DNA of 64,000 nucleotides from Acidobacteriota bacterium (GCA_012719455.1 JAAYAJ010000023.1:33045-97044); one strand, 5' to 3'. Counted from the stretch's first letter, positions 9,452 to 20,804 are shown. The notes: generated by a model not told the origin, from the letters alone. Numbers and translations: made by a program.

Positions 9452-9467
9452 TGGCACGACTCCTGCA
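9452..9467 (+). promoter_or_regulatory. sigma-54 promoter of the NifX-like/MinD/MinD/EBP operon
   Basis: TGGCACgactccTGCA: a perfect -24 TGGCAC, exact GG-N10-GC spacing, and a -12 TGCA. It sits 64 bp upstream of the ATG at 9531. Confidence 0.6.
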
Positions 9468-9530
9468 TGGTCACCAGTGCGGCACCGCTGTGCGGCGCCG
9501 CGAAAATCTCTTCCAGGAGGTAGTCACCAA

Positions 9531-9896
9531 ATGAAAATCGTCATCAGTTCCCAGGGGAACACGCTGGATTCCATGGTAGACCCCCGCTTTGGACGGGCGG
9601 CGCAGTTCATCCTCTATGACACGGAAACGGAGAAGTTCGAAGTTCTCTCCAACCAGCAGAGCCTGAACGCGACGCAGGGCGCCGGCATCAAGGCGGCCGA
9701 GACCCTGTCCGGTCGCGGAGCCGAAGCGCTGATCACCGGCCACTGCGGTCCCAACGCGTTCCAAACCCTGTCGGCCGCCGGCATCGCCATATACATCGGG
9801 GCCGACGGGCTCACGGTGGCCCAGGCCATCGACAAGTTCAAGGCCGGCGAGCTCCGCACGGCGCAAGCGCCCGACGTCAAGGGCCACTGGCAATGA
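9531..9896 (+). CDS. NifX/NifB-like dinitrogenase FeMo-cofactor family protein, paralogue 2
   Basis: 121 aa, MKIVISSQGNTLDSMVDPRFGRAAQFILYD...ITGHCGPNA. RBS AGGAGG. Overlaps the next gene by 4 nt. Confidence 0.75.
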   Translation: MKIVISSQGNTLDSMVDPRFGRAAQFILYDTETEKFEVLSNQQSLNATQGAGIKAAETLSGRGAEALITGHCGPNAFQTLSAAGIAIYIGADGLTVAQAIDKFKAGELRTAQAPDVKGHWQ

Positions 9897-10780
9897 TCAT
9901 CGCGATCGCTTCCGGGAAGGGGGGGACCGGGAAAACGACCATCGCGACCAACCTCGCCATGTGTCTCCAGAAACCGGTCCGGCTGCTGGATTGCGACGTC
10001 GAGGAGCCCAACTGCCACATTTTCCTGAATCCCGACCTGGACGGCGGCGAACGGGCCACACTTCCCGTGCCCGTCATCGACGAAGGGCTGTGCAACAATT
10101 GCGGCGAATGCGGCCGCATCTGCCAGTTCAACGCCATCGTTTCGCTGAAGACGAAACCGCTGGTCTTCCCCGCCCTGTGCCACGGGTGCGGGGGATGCAT
10201 GCGGGTGTGCCCCACCGGGGCGATCAGCGAGGAGGGGCGCGAAATCGGCACTGTCGAGACCGGGACCAGCGGCCATATCGAATTCGTCCAGGGACGCCTT
10301 GACGTGGGGCAGGCACAGAGCCCTCCCCTGATCCGGGCCGTCAAGCGGCACATCGCGGAAGAAGGGGTGACCATCATCGACTGCCCCCCGGGGACCTCCT
10401 GCCCGGTGATCGCCGCGCTGAAGGGGTGCGATTACGCCGTCCTCGTCACCGAATCCACCCCTTTCGGGCTGCACGACCTGAAGCTGGCCGTGGCTACCGT
10501 ACGGCTGCTTCACCTTGATTTCGGGGTCGTGATCAACCGGGCCACCCCGCACGATGTCATGGTCCGGGAGTATTGCAAAAAGGAGCGCATCCCGGTCCTG
10601 CTCGAGATCCCGGACGATCGCAGGGTGGCCGAGGCCTATTCGCGCGGCAAGCTGATCGTCGAGGCGGTGCCCGAACTGAGGGAGTCGTTCGAGCGGCTGT
10701 GCTGCGCCATCATATCGAGAATCCAGCATCGCGACGCGGCGCCGATTCCGTGCGCCGGGACCACACCGGGGGTGTCATGA
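9893..10780 (+). CDS. MinD/ParA-superfamily P-loop ATPase with inserted 4Fe-4S ferredoxin domains
   Basis: IAIASGKGGTGKTT Walker A. Two Cys clusters (CNNCGECGRIC and CHGCGGCMRVCP) are inserted after the P-loop. Confidence 0.75.
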   Translation: MIIAIASGKGGTGKTTIATNLAMCLQKPVRLLDCDVEEPNCHIFLNPDLDGGERATLPVPVIDEGLCNNCGECGRICQFNAIVSLKTKPLVFPALCHGCGGCMRVCPTGAISEEGREIGTVETGTSGHIEFVQGRLDVGQAQSPPLIRAVKRHIAEEGVTIIDCPPGTSCPVIAALKGCDYAVLVTESTPFGLHDLKLAVATVRLLHLDFGVVINRATPHDVMVREYCKKERIPVLLEIPDDRRVAEAYSRGKLIVEAVPELRESFERLCCAIISRIQHRDAAPIPCAGTTPGVS

Positions 10781-11688
10781 AAGAACTGGTGGTAATCAGC
10801 GGCAAGGGGGGGACCGGCAAGACCAGCCTGACCGCCTCGCTGGCCGCCCTGGCCGGCGACGCCGTGATCGCCGACTGCGACGTGGACGCGGCGGACCTTC
10901 ACCTGCTGCTCTCCCCCAAGGTGCTCAAGGTCGAGGAGTTCCGGAGCGGGCGCGAGGCCGTCATCCGTCCCGGAGACTGCATCGCCTGCGATGTCTGCCG
11001 CGACGTGTGCCGCTACGACGCCGTCCGCCCGGTCTTCGAAAACGGGCGCAAGGCGCACTATGCCGTGGACGCGATCGCGTGCGAGGGGTGCGGCGTGTGC
11101 GTCCGCTTCTGCCCCGAACACGCCATCGATTTCCCGGAACGGGTGTGCGGGGAGTACCGCATCGGCGAGACCCGCTTCGGCCCCATGGTTTACGCGCAAC
11201 TGGGAATCGGGGCGGAGAATTCGGGGAAGCTGGTATCGACCGTCCGCAAGGAAGCCCGCGCGATCGCCGACGACGGCAATGCACGCTGGATCCTGGTGGA
11301 CGGCCCGCCCGGCATCGCCTGCCCCGTCATTGCCTCCATCACCGGCAGTTCGCTCGCCCTGGTCGTGGTGGAGCCCACCCTTTCGGGCATCCACGACATG
11401 GAGCGGGTGCTCGAACTGACCCGCCACTTCGCCCTGCCGACCTTCGTCTGTATCAACAAATGGGAACTCAACCCACAGATGACCCAGGAGATCGAGGCCG
11501 CCGCACTGGCCGCCGGCGTCTCCCTGGCGGGGAGGATCGGTTACGACCGGGCGGTCACGGACGCGCAGATCCGGGGCCTGACGGTAGTGGAACACGGGGG
11601 TCGGGCGGCGGAGGATATCCGCGCCGTGTGGGCCGCCCTGGCCGACGCGCCGGGCGCTCCGGCGGCGCCCGCAACCATGGAAGTCTGA
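10777..11688 (+). CDS. MinD/ParA-superfamily P-loop ATPase with inserted 4Fe-4S ferredoxin domains (second paralogue)
   Basis: VVISGKGGTGKTS Walker A. Cys clusters CIACDVCRDVC and CEGCGVCVRFCP. The start was re-picked at the ATGA overlap with the upstream gene (the ORF track extends to 10573). Confidence 0.75.
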   Translation: MKELVVISGKGGTGKTSLTASLAALAGDAVIADCDVDAADLHLLLSPKVLKVEEFRSGREAVIRPGDCIACDVCRDVCRYDAVRPVFENGRKAHYAVDAIACEGCGVCVRFCPEHAIDFPERVCGEYRIGETRFGPMVYAQLGIGAENSGKLVSTVRKEARAIADDGNARWILVDGPPGIACPVIASITGSSLALVVVEPTLSGIHDMERVLELTRHFALPTFVCINKWELNPQMTQEIEAAALAAGVSLAGRIGYDRAVTDAQIRGLTVVEHGGRAAEDIRAVWAALADAPGAPAAPATMEV

Positions 11689-11694
11689 CCGGCC

Positions 11695-13096
<1,402 letters not shown>

Positions 13097-13110
<14 letters not shown>

Positions 13111-13735
13111 TGATGTCTCCCAGGATGATGTCGGTCGCGATCCTCGCCCCGATCCCCGGGAGCATGCTGCACTTTTCGAACCCCTTCTCCTGCTCGAACC
13201 TCGCCATGTTCTCGGGACTGGCACCCGGATCCATGTAGCGGCCGAAGACAACGTCCTCCTGGATCTTGGGACAGGTGTAGGCGCCCACGGCCTCTCCGAA
13301 CCGCTCCATGAACTGCTTCGCCATCCCCATGGCGGCTCCCATGGATTCGAAATCCCCCAGGTCGTCGCTCCCCCGGTAGAGGCCGATGGCAGCGAGTCCC
13401 CCGGTCACCCCCCCGCACATCCAACCGGTGCTCCCGAACCCGGGGAACGGGGAGAGGGCGCGCAGGACCTCTACGCTGCCCAGCCCGAACTCCTCCATCA
13501 CCGCCAGCGCCGTGCCGCGCGCGCAGTTCCCGGCGAAGTAGTTGTACTCCTCGGCTCGCAGTTCGACCCGGGCCAGGATCCGTTCCCGATCGCGCAACGC
13601 CTCATCCGCACCGGGGAGCTTCCGGCTGAATCCCGCCGCGACGGCCGCCCGGCACCGGGCCTCGATGGCGGCCATATCCCATTCCCGCCCGGCCAGGGCC
13701 TTCAATTTCACCTGCAGCGCCTTGTAATCCGCCAT
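13097..13735 (-). CDS. C_GCAxxG_C_C family protein (putative redox-active)
   Basis: 212 aa with the NCARGTALAV and GWMCGGVTGG motifs typical of PF09719. Confidence 0.55.
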
Positions 13736-13901
13736 GGAATCTCCTCACCGTTGCGGGGAAAAGCCGGGCCGCATCGGCCACGATGGTCGCCCGGGGTTTG
13801 CCGGCCCCGCCCCGCCGAAACCCCGGCGCCATTGTAGCCGAAGGCCGCAGGGATCCGTACCGGTTTTCGCCCCGGTCTCTCCTCATCCCCTGATCGAGCC
13901 C

Positions 13902-14513
13902 CTACGGCCGGCACCGCCCGCACGGCCGGAATCCCGCGGCAACAGCCTCTGCGCGCGATTGAAAGACCCGCGTACAGCGCTTGCAGTTGTAATCCGGGCA
14001 GGAGGGGGCGTGGAAGACACGGCTCCCCGTGTTTCCGTGATAAACGATTGACCGGTTTTCCGCCGAACCGGAGGAGGTTCCCGGCGCTCCCCACATCCCT
14101 ACACCGGCCTCCTTGGCATCCTGTTCCAGCCGGGCGAGGAGCCAGTCGGAATTGAAACGGCCGTAGTACCGGGCAAGCCCCGCCTTCAGGAGTTCCACGG
14201 AGAGATCGCGGCCGTCGTCGAGGTACACCCTGGCGACGGTACGGCCGTATGGGTCCTGCTCCTTTTCGATCACGGTGACGGTCTTCCCGGCCGCCATCCG
14301 GGTCGCGAACGCCTTCGCCTCCTGCGCGAAGGGCTCCTCCTTCTCCGGACAATCGATCCCCTCGAGCCGGATGCGGATCCTGCCGCCGTCCTTCGACACC
14401 TCCATCGTATCGCCGTCGATGACGAAGAGGCATTGCGCGGTGAAGGTTTGGGGCACGGCGGGGAGGCCGCACAGGAGCACGAAGATCAGGAGCAGGGAGC
14501 CGCGCGCGTTCAT
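13902..14513 (-). CDS. secreted thermonuclease (SNase-like) with C-terminal Cys-rich metal-binding tail
   Basis: Signal peptide. The SNase core segments IDCPEK and TVARV...DGRDLSVELLKAGLA are present. C-terminal CPDYNCKRC...CGRC. Confidence 0.65.
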   Translation of the reverse strand: MNARGSLLLIFVLLCGLPAVPQTFTAQCLFVIDGDTMEVSKDGGRIRIRLEGIDCPEKEEPFAQEAKAFATRMAAGKTVTVIEKEQDPYGRTVARVYLDDGRDLSVELLKAGLARYYGRFNSDWLLARLEQDAKEAGVGMWGAPGTSSGSAENRSIVYHGNTGSRVFHAPSCPDYNCKRCTRVFQSRAEAVAAGFRPCGRCRP

Positions 14514-14606
14514 TTCATCCTCCGATGAGACCGCAGGAACCCGTCGCCTTTGGCCTCCGCCGTGGCGGTCGATGAGCGGGGGATCGGCGCTTCCCTCCCG
14601 GAAGGG

Positions 14607-15782
14607 CTATTCACTCGAATAATTGTCGAAATAGCCCTGGATATGGATGATGGGCGTTCCCTTGTCGCCGCTTCCGCTCATCAGGTCGCACAGGGAGCCG
14701 ACGAGGTCGGACAGGCGCCGGGGCGTTGTCCCGATTGAGGCTTCCTTGCCCAGCAGGTCATTCCCCTTCCCGGAGATGATGGCCCGAATTCTCTTTTCCG
14801 CATCTCCCGCCGGCAGGCCCGCAAGCTCGTTGTCGGCGATGTACTTGATCTTGATTTCGTTCAGGGTCCCGTCAAGCCCGGAGGTGAACCCCGGAGCAAC
14901 CACCGGGTCGGCGAGTTCCCAGATCTTCCCAATGGGGTCCTTGAAGGCGCCGTCGCCGTAGACCATCACCTCGACGTGCTTTCCGGTCGCCTCGAAAAGA
15001 CGCCGGTGGATTCCTTCACAAAACGCCTGCGCCTCCCTCGGAAAGAGCTTCAGCCGCGTCGGCCCCGCCTGGTTCGATCCCAGGAGCCCGTATTCCGGAT
15101 TCCACCCGCCCCTTCGGGGCTTGTTCATCAGGTCGTCGAGGCCGACCACCGTCCTGCCGCCCGCGGCCAACAGCCTCGCCTTTATCCGTTTCCGGTCGTG
15201 GATGTGCGCCACCACCACATCCTTTGAATAATCCAGCGCCCGGAGAGGATCGTTGGCCAGCACGATCTCGACATTCCCGTCCACTCCAAGGCTCGTGTAG
15301 AGCTCGATATAATCCAGCCCGGTAAAGGGGTGCTTGAAACTGTGGCCGAAATGCCTCCGGTATTCCTCCTGCGAAATCACATCGGCATGCGGATCGATGC
15401 CGGCGGCCTCCATCCCGTCGACATCCATGAGGTGGTTGCCCACCTCGTCGCACGGGTAGCTCAGCATGACCGTCACATGCCTGCGGCTCATCGCCAGGCC
15501 TTTGAGGATCAACGAAAATCGGTTCCGGCTCAGGATGGGGAAGAGGACGACAAAACCGTCGGTGAAGAGCTCCAGGGCCTGCTCGGCGATTTCGGCCACC
15601 TCCACGTAATTCCCCTGCGAGCGCGCAAGGAGAGACTCGGTGACGCCGACAATGTCGCGGTCCTTGATTTCAAAGCCATGGCTCCGCGCGGCTTCCAGGA
15701 CGCAATCAACGACGATCCGCTCGAGGTCGTCCCCCTGGCAGATGAGCGGGGCCCGGATGGCGCGGGCCTGGGTGCCGATCAT
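14607..15782 (-). CDS. CofE-like (F420-0:gamma-glutamyl ligase family) protein with a large internal insertion
   Basis: Pattern similarity to CofE at the N-terminus (PLICQGDDLERIV...RDIVGVTESLLARSQG), in the middle (GKHVEVMVYGDGA) and at the C-terminus (CDLMSGSGDKGTPIIHIQG). About 390 aa versus about 250 for canonical CofE. An alternative GTG start lies at 15791. Confidence 0.45.
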   Translation of the reverse strand: MIGTQARAIRAPLICQGDDLERIVVDCVLEAARSHGFEIKDRDIVGVTESLLARSQGNYVEVAEIAEQALELFTDGFVVLFPILSRNRFSLILKGLAMSRRHVTVMLSYPCDEVGNHLMDVDGMEAAGIDPHADVISQEEYRRHFGHSFKHPFTGLDYIELYTSLGVDGNVEIVLANDPLRALDYSKDVVVAHIHDRKRIKARLLAAGGRTVVGLDDLMNKPRRGGWNPEYGLLGSNQAGPTRLKLFPREAQAFCEGIHRRLFEATGKHVEVMVYGDGAFKDPIGKIWELADPVVAPGFTSGLDGTLNEIKIKYIADNELAGLPAGDAEKRIRAIISGKGNDLLGKEASIGTTPRRLSDLVGSLCDLMSGSGDKGTPIIHIQGYFDNYSSE

Positions 15783-15950
15783 TCTTCGCACTGACTCCTC
15801 CTTATGTACCGTCCGGCGCCGCGAAAGCGCAGGCCCCTCCAGCCTCCGCCGCCACGGCGGGGCGGCCGGAAGAAGGCATTGTCGCACGAGTCAACGTCCC
15901 CTGCAATGGCACCCCATCGGCGGGATCTTGCACCTCGGGGCGGCGCCGTC

Positions 15951-18398
15951 TCAGATCCGGTTCTCACTCCGGGAGATGAGGTCATCCTGGCAGTCGCGCG
16001 TCAACTCCACGAAATAGGCGGAGTACCCGGCAATGCGCACCACCAGGTTGCGGTGCTCTTCGGGAGCCTCCTGCGCCTTGCGCAGCAGCTCGGTCGACAC
16101 CACGTTGAACTGGGCTTCCGCGCCGCCCTTGTGCATGTACGTCTTCACCATGTCGCGCAGCTTGGCAATCCCGTCATCGCGGCTCAGAGAGGTGGGATGC
16201 AGCCGGATGTTCAGACAGACGCCGTCCATGAATTTGCTGTGGTCGTAGCAGAGCGAGGAGAGAAACACGGCGGTGGGGCCGTTGGTGTCCCGCCCCTGCA
16301 CCGGGGAGGCGGCATCGGCGATGGGGGTCCCGGCCTTTCTGCCGTCGGGCGTCGCCCAGGTGGTATACCCCTGTCCCACGTGGTCCGCCGCCCCGTACAG
16401 GCCGGCCTTGAAGATCCTGGTACGGGCGGAATAGCATTCCTTGCAGCTTTCGTAATAGGCGTTGATCACCCAGGCCATCTGCTCGTCGGCATAGGGGTCG
16501 GCATTCCCGAAATGGGGCACTTCGTGGATGATCCGCTGCCTCAGCTCCTCGTACCCCACCCAGTCGGCCATCACGGCGTCGTACAGCTCCCGCGCCGTGC
16601 ACAGCTTCCGGTCGAACACCATGTACCGGATAGCGGTCAGGGAGTCCGCCACCGTGGCCAGGCCGGTCGCGGTCCCTCCGTAGGAATTGTACTTGGCCCC
16701 TCCCCAGGTGCAATCCTTGCCCGACTCCATGCAGCCGTCGAGCGAAATGGACAGCATCGGGTGCGGCGTGTGGTACTGGACCAGGTACTCGAGATAATTG
16801 TTCAGGCTCACCTGGGCCTTGAGGAAGTAGCGGGCCAGGGTGCGCCAGGCCTCCCGGACCTCTTCGAACGACTTCATGTCGTACAGGTAACCGGTGTGGA
16901 TCGAGCACTGCTCACCGTTGTAGGGATTCTTGCCGTCGTTGATCGCCATGGCCACCAGCTTGCTGTAGTGGATGGAGGCGTGCGGGGGAGCCACCCCGTT
17001 GGCCGAGGCGTAGTCGTTCCCCGAGCCGGTGATCTCCTGGCAGCCGATGATGGCGTAGTCCCGGGCGTCCTCGAGGGTGAAGCCCAGCTCCCTGACGATT
17101 CCGGGGATGATGACTTCGTCGTTCTGGAACAGCGGCAGCCCGCCCACCTTGGTCGAGGTCTCCAGGGCCAGGGCCCACAGCTCGTCCGGGGTGCCCTTGT
17201 GGACCCGCAACGAGATCGTGGGGTCATGGAGGCTCAACCGGGCCAGGCTCTCCAGCACCATGGAGGTGACGGGGTTGCTGGCGTCCGCGCCCGTGGCGGG
17301 GTCCACCCCGCCGATGGTGGTGTGGAGATAGGTGTTGCCGATGCCGATGATCTTGACCAGTTCGCCGGCGCCCCCGCCGTACATGGAGTTGACCTTCATG
17401 AAGAAGCAGTCGACGATCTCCTGTGCCTCTTCAATCCCCAACCGGCCTTCTTCCAGGTCTTTCTTCAGGTAAGGCCAGGTGTACTGGTCGAAGCGCCCGA
17501 AGGAACCCACCCCGGCGATGAAGCTCAGGCGCAGGATGTACTGGTAGGTGATCGCCGCCTGGCACGCCTCGCGGAAGGTGCGGCAGGGGTTTTCCGAGAT
17601 CCATTCCAGGCTGTCCGCCATCGACTCCAGTTCGGCCCGGCGCTTCGAATCGGCGCAGGAAGCGGCCTTTTCCAGGCACTTCTCCGCGTAGCGCCTCAGG
17701 AGGATCGTCGCGGCGTCGCAGGACAGGACGACGCCGTTGTAGAACAGGCTGCGCTGGACATCCTCCCCCATGAGGTTGTTGACGTGGGCGTCCAGCCATT
17801 CCTGGGCCTGCCGGCGGATGGCGCCGTAACCCGTGTCGATGATCTTCCGGAAGCCCGGGGTCAGGTGGCCGCTCGGCATCATCAGCAGGGGTGCGCCCTT
17901 GACCGTGGCGGAGACCTCCAGGCGGCAGAGTTCCTCGTACCCCTCCGGCTGCCAGGCGGCCGCGATATCGTTGTATGTGCGCCCCTTCCAGTATTCGCGG
18001 ATCGACGCCAGGTCTTCATAATCCTCGGGAGCTATCGACATGCGCAGCTCCTCTTCGTCGGGATTGTGGTACAGACCGTCCTCCCTGAGGGTCCAGACGC
18101 CGTTTTCGATCATGGCCGGGAGCCATTCGCCGTTGCCCCAGTCGGGCATGTACCCGGCGCCGCAGAAATTCCGGCTGCTGTTGCCGACGATCATTTCGAA
18201 GTCCTCGACCCTGACCGTCATCTGCTCGCAGATCGCCTTCAGCACCGTGGGGCGGCGCAGGCAGGGGATGAGATTCTCATTCTCCTGGAAGCAACGCGTC
18301 GTGATCATGGCGCTTTCCGAGTCGCTCTGGATAACACGATCCCGGATCAATTGATGCATGAGCTGCATGCGCTCGCTTACGGGCTTGAATTTGTACAT
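15951..18398 (-). CDS. glycyl radical enzyme (PFL-like, PFL2/glycerol-dehydratase-type family), 815 aa
   Basis: C-terminal glycyl radical motif RIAGYSAYFVEL. Candidate catalytic Cys loop IIGCQEITG. The ATG at 18398 has a GGGGAGGACGAC RBS. The ORF track extends further upstream only through non-coding-looking sequence. Confidence 0.85.
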   Translation of the reverse strand: MYKFKPVSERMQLMHQLIRDRVIQSDSESAMITTRCFQENENLIPCLRRPTVLKAICEQMTVRVEDFEMIVGNSSRNFCGAGYMPDWGNGEWLPAMIENGVWTLREDGLYHNPDEEELRMSIAPEDYEDLASIREYWKGRTYNDIAAAWQPEGYEELCRLEVSATVKGAPLLMMPSGHLTPGFRKIIDTGYGAIRRQAQEWLDAHVNNLMGEDVQRSLFYNGVVLSCDAATILLRRYAEKCLEKAASCADSKRRAELESMADSLEWISENPCRTFREACQAAITYQYILRLSFIAGVGSFGRFDQYTWPYLKKDLEEGRLGIEEAQEIVDCFFMKVNSMYGGGAGELVKIIGIGNTYLHTTIGGVDPATGADASNPVTSMVLESLARLSLHDPTISLRVHKGTPDELWALALETSTKVGGLPLFQNDEVIIPGIVRELGFTLEDARDYAIIGCQEITGSGNDYASANGVAPPHASIHYSKLVAMAINDGKNPYNGEQCSIHTGYLYDMKSFEEVREAWRTLARYFLKAQVSLNNYLEYLVQYHTPHPMLSISLDGCMESGKDCTWGGAKYNSYGGTATGLATVADSLTAIRYMVFDRKLCTARELYDAVMADWVGYEELRQRIIHEVPHFGNADPYADEQMAWVINAYYESCKECYSARTRIFKAGLYGAADHVGQGYTTWATPDGRKAGTPIADAASPVQGRDTNGPTAVFLSSLCYDHSKFMDGVCLNIRLHPTSLSRDDGIAKLRDMVKTYMHKGGAEAQFNVVSTELLRKAQEAPEEHRNLVVRIAGYSAYFVELTRDCQDDLISRSENRI

Positions 18399-18794
18399 GT
18401 CGTCCTCCCCTTTATCCCAGCCTTTATTATAGCAGCGGGCGGGGGGAAAAGGCGGCAGGGATATTGCGCCATCGGCCGCCGCGGCGGCGGGTTCCTTCCG
18501 CGGCGCCTTCCGGTTTACCGTCCCCGCTTGCCGCGATCGGCGGATCCTCCTGATGCGGCAAGCATTGCGTGGTGCCGCAGGGGAGGGGTAAAAACGGCTT
18601 TCACCCGTACACCTGCGACCGGGATGAGAGAGTTTCCCCCGCCCATGGCGCACTTTTGGTATCTTTTTGGACCCAAAGGATGGTACACAAAAAAGAACGA
18701 TCGATAACGGGGTGTGATCGATCCACGACAAACCGGGTGAAGCCTCGAAAGCAGCGCAGGGCGACACAGGATTTGCAGAAAAGGAGATCCCGAC

Positions 18795-20804
18795 ATGCTG
18801 ACGAAGAATACGCGTCTGTTGCCGTTGGTCTTTGCATCCATGGCTATGGCCGCCGCGGCCTTTGCGCTCGATTACTCCGGCAGGCAGAAGAACCCGGCTA
18901 CCTTCGAAACCCTCGAAGAGGCCCGCTTAAGCGGGCCCGTCGCCGTCGCAGCCCTCGAGGGGAACGTCGGGGGGACCTTCAAATCCCACCCGGTCCTGGA
19001 CGGTTACCCGGCCGACACCACCTACATCTACCGGTCGCCGAACCTGTACGGCGGACGCGCCGCGGCCCGGATCAACACCAACCTCCTCGTGTTTGCAGAG
19101 AGATCCTTCCCCGGCAAGGACGCGGCCCGGCGCTACCTCGAAGACCTCGGGCTGATCCGCATCATCGACGAGGCGATCGGCAGCGTCATCCTGGTCACCC
19201 CGGCCAACGGGAAGGCCTTCGGCCCCAACGACCAGAAATACTACTATGCCCTCCAGACGGCCATCTTCGCGCAGAAGGCGGGAGAAAGCTCCGGGCCGGC
19301 CTTTGGCGGCGCTCCCGGAGCGGGCGCCAAGCCCGCCTTGGGCGCCCCCGCTGCGCCCGCAGGCAAGCCCGGTCCCGGGACCGTGCCGGGTCCCGGGATG
19401 TTCGGGGCGCGGGGAGCCAGGTATTCCGACGCCGAGTATTTCGGCGGCTTCGGCTATACCTATGTCATCGGGATCGACGGCGGAGCCGCCTACCTGAACA
19501 ACTACGTCGCGGGAACCCTCGACTACGTCAGCAGGATCGCCGGGATGCTGCTGATCAATGGAAGCATGGAAACCGGCCGCGAGGTCGCCGCCCTGGTTCC
19601 CGTATACCTGGTGAACGCACCCGACCGGGTGGTGGAAGCCTACAAGAAAGCCAACGATACGGACGCCTATGAAAAAACCGGGGAGGTGGAGGCGTTCTTC
19701 GACCAGTCCCTGCCGCTGAAGAGAGTGGTTGTGGCCCGGGACCGGAACCCGGACATCGCCCGGCATATCAGGAACGCCTACTACGACTTGTTCATCAAGG
19801 CGATGCGCGTACCGGTGGGGAGAGCGGGCCTCCACAGCGCTTCCACCCCTTACCAGGGTTACAGCATGGATCAGGCGCCGTTATCCCTCTGCGAACGGAA
19901 CGCCGTCATCGGCGGCGCCACCCGGGACGGCATTCGTGTCATCGGCCGCAGCGAGGACAGGTTCAGCCACATCAAGACCCCGGGCGGCGAATACCTGCAG
20001 ACCTGGTTCGAATACCTGCCCGATGAAGTGCTGCAAAAGACCGCCCCGACCGGGACCGTGCCCCTGGTTCTCGCCAACCACGGAGGCGGGGACGACCCCC
20101 GGCAGTTCATCGAGGAAATCGGCCTGCTGCCGCTGGCCGGCCGCGAGCGCTTCGCCATGGTCGCACCGGAGCATCAGAGCATCGGCTCGGTGCTTTCCGA
20201 ATCCCTCCCCGCCCTGGTGGAATACATGCTCGCCACTTATCCCGCACTAGACCCGGCGCGCGTGTACGTCACCGGGTATTCCATGGGCGGAGCTGCGACC
20301 CTGAGGGCCGTCAACGGAAAACCGTCCCTGTTCGCCGCGGCGGTGCCGATGGCGGCGGCCCCCTACACCGGGACCCCGGAACAAGCGGCCCGGCTTCAAA
20401 AGGCCCGCCTGCCGATCATGTTCACCACTTCCTCTTTTGACTTGGGGGGCGCGTTCGATCAGACCCGGGGCGCCATCGCCGGCGGATACCAGGCTCAGCT
20501 CAACCTGTTCCTCGGCTACAACGGGATGGACAAGATAGCGGCGTATGATTTCGAGGCTTACCCGGTGAACGGGTTCAAGGCCGACCGGATGCTGCGGGTG
20601 CGGCTCAACGGCGAATACGACAACTACCTCTGGTACCTCAACGACGGCGCCGGCGTCCCCATGGTCGCGCTCTCCTACACCATGAACCTCCAGCACGCCC
20701 TCTACCCGGAATACGGCAGGATCGCGTGGGAATTCTTCAAGCGCTACTCCCGCGACCCCCGGACCGGGAAAATCCGCTACCACCCGCACGGCGGAGGATT
20801 TTAG
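18795..20804 (+). CDS. secreted alpha/beta-hydrolase esterase (PHB-depolymerase/feruloyl-esterase-like C-terminal domain)
   Basis: Signal peptide MLTKNTRLLPLVFASMAMAAAAFA. Carries a Gly/Pro/Ala-rich linker and a C-terminal domain with the nucleophile elbow GYSMGG. Confidence 0.65.
   Translation: MLTKNTRLLPLVFASMAMAAAAFALDYSGRQKNPATFETLEEARLSGPVAVAALEGNVGGTFKSHPVLDGYPADTTYIYRSPNLYGGRAAARINTNLLVFAERSFPGKDAARRYLEDLGLIRIIDEAIGSVILVTPANGKAFGPNDQKYYYALQTAIFAQKAGESSGPAFGGAPGAGAKPALGAPAAPAGKPGPGTVPGPGMFGARGARYSDAEYFGGFGYTYVIGIDGGAAYLNNYVAGTLDYVSRIAGMLLINGSMETGREVAALVPVYLVNAPDRVVEAYKKANDTDAYEKTGEVEAFFDQSLPLKRVVVARDRNPDIARHIRNAYYDLFIKAMRVPVGRAGLHSASTPYQGYSMDQAPLSLCERNAVIGGATRDGIRVIGRSEDRFSHIKTPGGEYLQTWFEYLPDEVLQKTAPTGTVPLVLANHGGGDDPRQFIEEIGLLPLAGRERFAMVAPEHQSIGSVLSESLPALVEYMLATYPALDPARVYVTGYSMGGAATLRAVNGKPSLFAAAVPMAAAPYTGTPEQAARLQKARLPIMFTTSSFDLGGAFDQTRGAIAGGYQAQLNLFLGYNGMDKIAAYDFEAYPVNGFKADRMLRVRLNGEYDNYLWYLNDGAGVPMVALSYTMNLQHALYPEYGRIAWEFFKRYSRDPRTGKIRYHPHGGGF

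Noticed and set aside
10573-10776. upstream extension of the second MinD-like ATPase ORF
   Set aside because: The extension (MQKGAHPGPARDPGRSQGG...) overlaps the first ATPase gene in another frame. The ATG at 10777 forms an ATGA overlap and begins at the Walker-A region.
15904-15922. TGGCAC followed by GC at the correct spacing
   Set aside because: It points into the 3' end of the glycyl radical enzyme gene on the wrong strand. The -12 flank is GGCGG rather than TTGCA. It is likely a chance match in GC-rich DNA.
18540-18575. sigma-54-like element GGCACCACGCAATGCTTGC upstream of the glycyl radical enzyme gene (minus strand)
   Set aside because: GG to GC spacing is 11 nt rather than 10, and the -12 region is poor, so it is not a convincing -24/-12 promoter.
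15804-18707. 967-aa plus-strand ORF
   Set aside because: It is antisense to the well-supported glycyl radical enzyme gene. The translation is low-complexity, Gly/Arg/Pro/Ala-rich, with no motifs. It is a typical high-GC shadow ORF. The same reasoning applies to 6033-7601 (+), 7754-9523 (+), 10636-12255 (-), 35899-39090 (-), 61978-63954 (-) and similar entries in the ORF track.
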